From assembly GCA_963764725.1 (NCBI GenBank), contig CAVXTM010000018.1, forward strand, positions 32,001 to 96,000: DNA of 64,000 bases, in the 5' to 3' direction. Each line of letters opens with the position of its first letter. The stretch's first letter is position 1. Made by a program: the position numbers and the translations under genes. The notes below the pieces were generated by a model that saw nothing but the letters and a program-made list of their open reading frames with translations, had not been told where the DNA came from and made no database searches. The DNA is from an uncultured Gammaproteobacteria bacterium (GTDB taxonomy: Bacteria; Pseudomonadota; Gammaproteobacteria; JACCXJ01). Positions 57,647-64,000 of the stretch are shown piece by piece.

Positions 57647-58550
57647 GGATCTGGCGTCGCGACTGGGCACGCCTGCTGCTCGGCTTCGTGAAATCGCCGA
57701 CGATATTAAATCGCATTACAAGGTCTGGCCGCTGTTGGATAAAAAGAAGCATAAAGTTAGACACCTGAGGGTTCCCAGCAATGAGCTGAAGGAGATTCAG
57801 CGTCGGATAAAGAACAACATACTCGCGCCGATCACGCTCCGCGAAGGAGTGCATGGTGGAGTTCGCGGCCGATCGCCACGTTCAAACGCCACCCAGCACT
57901 TGGGTCGGCCCTGTGTGGTAAATCTCGACGTCAGGGACTTCTTCCCCAACGTTCGCCACTGCGTGGTTTACCGGTTGTTTCGGCGCGAACTCGGATTCGG
58001 CCGGGACGTAGCGAGACTCTTGACTCGACTGACCACACTCAACAGTCAGCTCCCCCAAGGCGCCCCAACAAGCACAGCCGTCGCCAACGTGCTTCTCGCG
58101 TTGCCCGTCGATGGCCCAATCTCCGTCGAGGCCGAACGCTTTGACGTCCGCTATACACGCTTTGTCAACGACATCACGTTCTCCGGTTCCAATCCGAGAC
58201 CATTGATCAACGTGGTCGGTCGAATGCTGTCGCGAAGACGATTGCCCATGTATCGGAAGAAGGCAAAGTGGCACTCGAAACCAAAGCTTAAGATCACCTC
58301 GAACTCCAAGCCTCAGGAAGTAACGGGCCTAATCGTAAATTCTAGAACAGGCCCAAGTGTCTCTCCACAACACCGAGACAATATCCGGGCTGCTATTTTC
58401 GGGCTTCGCAATACGACTGATGAAGCAGTGCTGCGCGCAGCGGCGAGTTCCATTCGCGGCAGAATCGCTTACGTTCGACAATTCAACCCCGGTTCGGCCA
58501 ACCGTATGCAGCTATGTCTGGAATCAACGCTCGCTCGGTGCGGTAAATAG
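57624..58550 (+). CDS. Retron-type reverse transcriptase (type VI-like; YxDD reads FVND)
   Basis: NATQH (region X), LDVRDFFP, LPQGAPTS, YTRFVNDITFSG and QEVTGLIVN (region Y VTG). Confidence 0.9.
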   Translation: MQPILSVRDLASRLGTPAARLREIADDIKSHYKVWPLLDKKKHKVRHLRVPSNELKEIQRRIKNNILAPITLREGVHGGVRGRSPRSNATQHLGRPCVVNLDVRDFFPNVRHCVVYRLFRRELGFGRDVARLLTRLTTLNSQLPQGAPTSTAVANVLLALPVDGPISVEAERFDVRYTRFVNDITFSGSNPRPLINVVGRMLSRRRLPMYRKKAKWHSKPKLKITSNSKPQEVTGLIVNSRTGPSVSPQHRDNIRAAIFGLRNTTDEAVLRAAASSIRGRIAYVRQFNPGSANRMQLCLESTLARCGK

Positions 58551-58747
58551 GGACAGGCCACGGTTTTCTATTGAACGCGGTTGCGCTCAAACCGGCATCA
58601 GCCATGCGTCTTGGGCTCCTGTAGCGCCCAGTGCATGTGCATGAGAGCGACGGCATCGGCCCCCGGCCAAAGCCTTCAGTTGTGGGCTGTTGCTCGTGCG
58701 GCGGCTGCGGTAGTTCGGCATGTAATAACACTCATCGCAGATTCGTT

Positions 58748-58897
58748 ATGAGCCATCGGATCAACATCATTCTCGACGACGATATTTGGGAGTCTCTGCA
58801 AGCCGTTCCCAAGGGTAAGCGCAGCCCGCTCGTGAATCAGGCGATTGCCGCCTGGCTCGTCCAGAATAACCGCCGCGGCGCGCTGGGGAGGCGATGA
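58748..58897 (+). pseudogene. Short RHH/CopG-type antitoxin remnant
   Basis: MSHRINIILDDDIWESL...KRSPLVNQAI; no toxin gene follows. Confidence 0.5.
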
Positions 58898-59126
58898 ATA
58901 CATTACGCAAGCGGGATAGACCGCTCGCCGGTGCGGCGGAGGATTGGGTGCGCGAAGACCGCGATCGGCATCGATGAGGATCGTCGTCCCCGACGCCTCA
59001 GTGTTGCTCAAATGGGGGTTCCTGCCGAACGGGAAACGTATATCGAGCCAGCGTTCGCGCTACGGGATGCGGGCAGTGCAGGCTCACATGGATCCATAGC
59101 GGGGAGAAAATGCCCGGCCCCGCTCG

Positions 59127-59960
59127 CTAGCGCTCTCCGCGAGCGCTTACGAAGGCGACCTTCACCCCCGCGTTGCTGACACCCAAGTAGCGAAGGAACA
59201 CGTACCAAAAAAGCGTAATGGCCAGCATCTCGACGGTCTCTTCAAACGCCTTGCCGAAGTGTCTGACCATGCCGAAGGCCGGCGCAGGCGCATCGTCCGC
59301 GATCCAGACTCCGGTATCAAGAAATTGGGCGATGAGTCTGTATATATTCCAGGGGTGCCCGGGCATCAGCCCTTCAATGAAATCAAGACCCACCGCGAAC
59401 GCCTGGAGGCTGAGCGCCGCGATGACAAGCCACCGTTGCCCGGCTTCCCGTAGCTCCCGCCAGAGAAACACGAATAGATACAGCCCGAGCAAGCCGAATA
59501 CCGGAACGAACAGGAGCTGCCAGGGGTAACTCGGGAAACGCTCAAATACCGATCCGGGTGCCCGGGAGAGAGCGTAAAAAGCGCTCCCTAGCCGCTCGTG
59601 GATCTGCACGCCGTCATCGATCGCCATGTAGATGAAAAGCGCGGCCACGATGGCCCAGCCGCGGCCCCTCTGTGAGGCCGAACGAGCCTGTGCCACGAAG
59701 TAGATCATAAGCGCGGTCAGCCCGGTCAGAAGCGTCTGGGTGGCCCCGAACCAAGACGCCGCGCTGTCTTCGCGGGTGATGTTGAAGAGGCGCCGCAGCG
59801 GTCCGATCGCTGCTCCTAGTCGATAGTTCATGACATAGTCGAGCAGGAGAAACGCGAGCCCGAGAAAAATGCCCATCCAAAGCACACGCCGAGCGACCCG
59901 CACGAGGTCCAACGTGAGAGCGGGGGCAGCGATAGCGTCGCTTTCAAAGGTAAAGCGCAT
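59127..59960 (-). CDS. Multi-pass membrane protein of unknown function
   Basis: 6-7 hydrophobic segments; IDDGVQIHE and EETVEM motifs. Confidence 0.7.
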   Translation of the reverse strand: MRFTFESDAIAAPALTLDLVRVARRVLWMGIFLGLAFLLLDYVMNYRLGAAIGPLRRLFNITREDSAASWFGATQTLLTGLTALMIYFVAQARSASQRGRGWAIVAALFIYMAIDDGVQIHERLGSAFYALSRAPGSVFERFPSYPWQLLFVPVFGLLGLYLFVFLWRELREAGQRWLVIAALSLQAFAVGLDFIEGLMPGHPWNIYRLIAQFLDTGVWIADDAPAPAFGMVRHFGKAFEETVEMLAITLFWYVFLRYLGVSNAGVKVAFVSARGER

Positions 59961-60205
59961 GCCGGAGGATGACGACTTGATCAATGCAAAGCATACCGCC
60001 TCAAAGCTTCACCGCCCAACGCCACGCCATTCAGTAGCCGTTCAGCTTGGACCTGTAGAGTGTGCATTCGTACAATCGGGATGATCCTCTCCTCTCGAGT
60101 GTGCCAAGGTTAATGCATCGCCGGCGAGAGTGCATCGCGTTTTGGTCTTAGAAAACCATATCTCGCAATACGCAGCGAAGCGGGCATCGGTTCAGGAGGT
60201 TTTTA

Positions 60206-60532
60206 ATGCACGGGGTCGGTACTGGAATTCTCGAGCAAACGCCGCTAACACGTGTGCACAGACGCTTAGCGATTTTGGTTCCCATCGTCGCTTCGTTGGC
60301 CATATCGCCGTGTGTCTTCGCCGACCCCCCGTACCGGACGCCAGCACCTGGATACTACTCTAAACATCACCACTTTCATCACTTCGGCGACGACGATGAT
60401 AGTAGTGATGACGAAAGCAGCGGCCACGGGTATAGACGCTATTCTTATGATTATGATGTGCACCATCACGATCACTATTATGACGGCAATCCCTTCGACG
60501 ATGAGGCCTATGAGGTCGAATACGAATGGTAG
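60206..60532 (+). CDS. Small secreted His/Asp/Tyr-rich protein
   Basis: Hydrophobic signal ending VFA, then HHHFHHFGDDDDSSDDE and HHHDHYY. Confidence 0.5.
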   Translation: MHGVGTGILEQTPLTRVHRRLAILVPIVASLAISPCVFADPPYRTPAPGYYSKHHHFHHFGDDDDSSDDESSGHGYRRYSYDYDVHHHDHYYDGNPFDDEAYEVEYEW

Positions 60533-60865
60533 TGAGCAGGGCGGAATCACTCGGTTCGCGGCCACGAGATTAGCGATCCACCGGCATTGGACTCGCCCAC
60601 CCTAGGATTTAAACACCCCGTCGCCCCCCACGGCCGCCGGTATTCAACCCAAATCCAACAGACTGCTAGGTCGAGGGCTCGGATGTTTGACAACTCACTA
60701 GCCTAGCACTACCGTGCCTATTGATTCCGGTGCGGGTGCGGAGGCTGCACGTAGGCCGACAGCCGGTCCAGCCACTCCTTATTCATCCTGGCCCCCGCCA
60801 TTGCAGCGGGACATTCTAACAGGCAGGTCAGTAACAACTATTGATCGAGGGATCGTTTAATCGCC

Positions 60866-63023
60866 ATGGAAGAGGATTTGACCATCGCGGATCTGAGCAT
60901 CGCATCAGACGCCGATTGGCACTTACCCGGGACGAAGCTTCATCGGTATCGCGTCGACAGCGTCCTCGGCCAGGGGGACTATTGGTTAACCTATTTAGCC
61001 AGTGACCTGAACCTGGGCCGCCCGGTTATTATTACCGAATACATGCCGTGCGAGATCGCCATACGCGATACGCGCGGCGTGATTCATCCTGCCGCTGCGG
61101 AGCATGGCGCGGAGTATAAGGCTGGGACTTGAGTGCTTCCTGACTGACGCGCAAAAGCTCGCCGGGATCAGGCATCAAAATATCGCCCTAGCGTTGAATG
61201 CCTTCGAAGCGAACAACAGCGCTTATATCGTCGTCGCGCACGAGCAAGGCAAGAAAGCAGAACACCTCTTTGATGGCTCAACTGTGGCGGAAAAGGAGCT
61301 TCTCGCCTTGGTATTACCGATCCTGGACGGGCTCGAAGCGATCCACGCAAGCGGCTATATTCACCGCTACATTCAGCCGTCAAACATTATTATTCGTCCA
61401 GATGGGAGCCCCGTGTTAACGGGCTTCAACCCGGGCGGCGGCGCTCTCTTCAACCCCGCTAGCACATTGACCAAGCATTTCCCATCGGACTTCGCGCCCA
61501 TCGAGCTTTGCTTTGGCGATGGCGAGCTGCATGGCCCGTGGACCGACATTTTCAGCCTTGGCGCAACGCTCTACCAGGCAGTGGTTGGCGTTGCACCGGT
61601 AGCTGCAATCGAGCGCAGTCGCATGGTCGTCCAAGGCGAAACCGATCCGCTGATGTCCGTACTGCCGGTTGGGCAGGAAAACTATAGCGATGCCTTTCTT
61701 AAAGCCATTGATCATGCCTTACGTTTTTTACCCACGCAGCGGCCGCTGACCGTTGCGGCGTGGCGCAAGGAGCTATCCGGGAACGACTCGCTCGACATCG
61801 ACTTTGTGATCCGGCCTAAATCAGAGCACGTGGTCAAGCTGCGTGATGATGTCGAGACACTACGAGCCCAGGAAGATCACAAGCGGCGCGTGGCCGAAGA
61901 GGAGCGGACCGTCAGGAAGCTTCTCGACCTCGCGCGCACCGCCATAAGCGAACACGATCTGCAGACGGCTCAGACCAGGCTCGACGAGGCCGCGGGAATC
62001 GCACCGACATCGGAAGCCGTAGCCCACCTTCGCGAGGAGCTCAAGGCGCGCGAGACCGCGGTCGTAGAGCAACGCCTCGTGAAGGAGACGCGGCACCTAC
62101 AGGCCGAAGAGACCGCGAACGAGTTAGTTACGCTTGGCCGCGATCCGACGGGCAACCAAGCACGGCCCGCCGTTGCAGGGAGGAGGGACGGGAAAATTGA
62201 GAGCATCCCGGCGTTAAATCGGTCATTACAACCAGCGGATGTTCCGGTGAACATCCCGATAATGAACGACTGGGTACGGAGCACGGTCGATCCCTCCAAT
62301 GAAACGGCGGGCGGCAGTCCCCCCGAACGGGACCTGCGACGACGGCACCGCGGCAAGTGGCTCGGATACTCTGCCGCGACCGCAGGGATAGTGGGTCTGG
62401 GACTCTCCTTGGCGTGGATGCGTCCGGGTTCGTTTGCTATCCTCTACGATGCGGCAGACGAATGGCTTTCCGGAAACCTCTTTCGTGACGAGCCAACCGA
62501 AACCCTGCCCAAGCCGGCGGCCCAAGTACCCGTACCGGGACGTGAGGATCCAGCCGGAGCGCCGCCCGTTTTCCAACCGCGCTTGGATCAGGAGCAATGG
62601 GACGCGGCTCGGACCAGGCTCGACGAGGCCGCCGTGAACGCACCGGAATCGGAAACCGTAGCCGGCCTTCGCGACGAGCTCAAGGCGCGCGAGACCAGGC
62701 AAGTAGCGATCCGAGAGGTCACCCCCTCGCGTGTTCGTGTGAGGCCGGGCGAGACCGTACGGTTTTATACCGAATATTCTCTAAGCCTTCCGGCGAGCGA
62801 CAAGGAAGCTCATGTGAAAGCCACCTGGGTGCTGCTTCGAGGCGGCCGGAAAATCGGGCGAGAAGGTATCGACAATCGATACGCAAGGGCAGGCCTCAAT
62901 ACCGCGGTAACCGAGCTGACATTACCACCCCGGACCGCATCCGGGGAATACACCGTCGAGCATCGGGTGCAGGTGGGTGATAGCTTCGATGTGGCGCACT
63001 CGCGTTTTGTCCTAGCGAGGTAG
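60866..63023 (+). CDS. Ser/Thr kinase-fold (pseudokinase) membrane protein, frameshift near 61125
   Basis: Kinase fold recognisable (FAPIE, GPWTDIFSLGATLY) but with IITEY, HRYIQP and TGFN at catalytic positions; TM helix and C-terminal beta domain. Confidence 0.75.
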
Positions 63024-64000
63024 TGCGACCCTGGCCTCCGCGTCGAACACGGTTGCGACGGCGGGCGTGGAGCGCCGGCGGGCGAGCAGCGTATAGGCCG
63101 TAGGGATCACGAACAAGGTCAGGAGCGTCCCGAGCGACAGTCCGCCTACGATAACCCAGCCGATGGGTTGGCGGCTCTCGGCACCGGCGCCTACCGCCAA
63201 TGCCAATGGTGCGGCGCCGAGGATCATCGCGAAGGTGGTCATCAGGATCGGCCGTAACCGCAACCCCGCCGCCTCGATCACGGCATCGAGCCTGGCGTGT
63301 CCCCGGCCCTGAAGCTGGTTAGCGAACTCCACAATCAAGATACCGTTCTTCGTGATAAGGCCGACCAACATCACCAGTCCGATCTGGCTATACACGTTGA
63401 GCGTGCCGCCGGAGGCCTTCAGCGCCAACAGCGCGCCGGCGACGGCAAGCGGTACGGTCAAGAGGATGACCAAGGGATCGATAAAGCTCTCGAATTGAGC
63501 CGCCAAGACGAGGTAAATGAATATTAGTGCCAAGGCAAAGGTCGTATACAAGGTCGTGCTGGACTCACGAAACTCCCGTGATTGCCCGTCAAGATCGGTA
63601 CGTGCCGCCGGCGGCAAAACTTCCTTGGCAGTTTCTTCCAGGAACCGTAGCCCATCACCTAATGAATAACCGGGAGCTATGCCCGCGCTAATAATTGCGG
63701 CGCGCAGCCGATTGAAGTGATTGAGCGCCACGGGAGCGACGGTCTCCGTCACGGCAACCACGTTGTCAAGCTGCACTAACTGGCCAGCCCCGCCGCGCAC
63801 ATAGATCGACGTCAGATCGTCCGGCGTTCTACGCTCGGCATCCGCGACTTTCACGATGACGTCGTACTGTTCTCCCTCCCGCTTGAAACGCGTAACCTGG
63901 CGGCCGCCGAGCAGAGTTTCGAGCGTGCGGCCGATCTCCGCCACCTCGACGCCGACGTCCGCCGCCTTGTCGCGGTTGACCGCGATCCGCAACTGAGGCT
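63012..64000 (-). CDS. RND efflux permease (AcrB/AcrD/AcrF family), C-terminal part; runs off the window
   Basis: YLVLAAQFES, GLITKNGILIVEFA and RLRPILMTT. Confidence 0.93.
   Translation of the reverse strand, partial: PQLRIAVNRDKAADVGVEVAEIGRTLETLLGGRQVTRFKREGEQYDVIVKVADAERRTPDDLTSIYVRGGAGQLVQLDNVVAVTETVAPVALNHFNRLRAAIISAGIAPGYSLGDGLRFLEETAKEVLPPAARTDLDGQSREFRESSTTLYTTFALALIFIYLVLAAQFESFIDPLVILLTVPLAVAGALLALKASGGTLNVYSQIGLVMLVGLITKNGILIVEFANQLQGRGHARLDAVIEAAGLRLRPILMTTFAMILGAAPLALAVGAGAESRQPIGWVIVGGLSLGTLLTLFVIPTAYTLLARRRSTPAVATVFDAEARVALPR

Noticed and set aside
57624-58550. RT as group II intron maturase or DGR RT
   Set aside because: It is short, has NAxxH and VTG retron motifs, and has no adjacent intron domain V or TR/VR pair. 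The intron scraps are over 30 kb away.

Overview
A GC-rich bacterial chromosomal window, probably from a gammaproteobacterium (inferred from yhdP-rng, mnmG-rsmG and pyrG-kdsA-eno-ftsB-ispD-ispF). Core content: an MFS transporter, a hyf-like energy-converting-hydrogenase-related (Ehr) operon whose large subunit lacks the NiFe cysteines, a coxMNOPQ-type cytochrome c oxidase, a divergent glgC, glcD, ttcA and fhs. Three accessory zones interrupt it: about 15.9-25.7 kb (gene remnants, toxin-antitoxin pairs, RAYT transposases, group II intron scraps, a six-copy promoter-like motif), about 34.1-36.3 kb (attC site, toxin-antitoxin pair) and about 54-59 kb (IS630 nested in IS1595, then a retron). Best candidate for a novel system: a type VI-like retron at 56677-58550. 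It has a sigma70 promoter, a ~345-nt hairpin-rich leader whose 5' end can pair over the translation start of a 75-aa ORF, an XRE-HTH gene, and a retron RT reading FVND instead of YxDD. Also notable: an IS110 element whose bridge-RNA guides and target can be read directly from the sequence, an apparently non-catalytic GlgC, a pseudokinase, and the Ehr operon sitting inside a split dehydrogenase gene. All family calls come from motif recognition by eye; no database searches were run.
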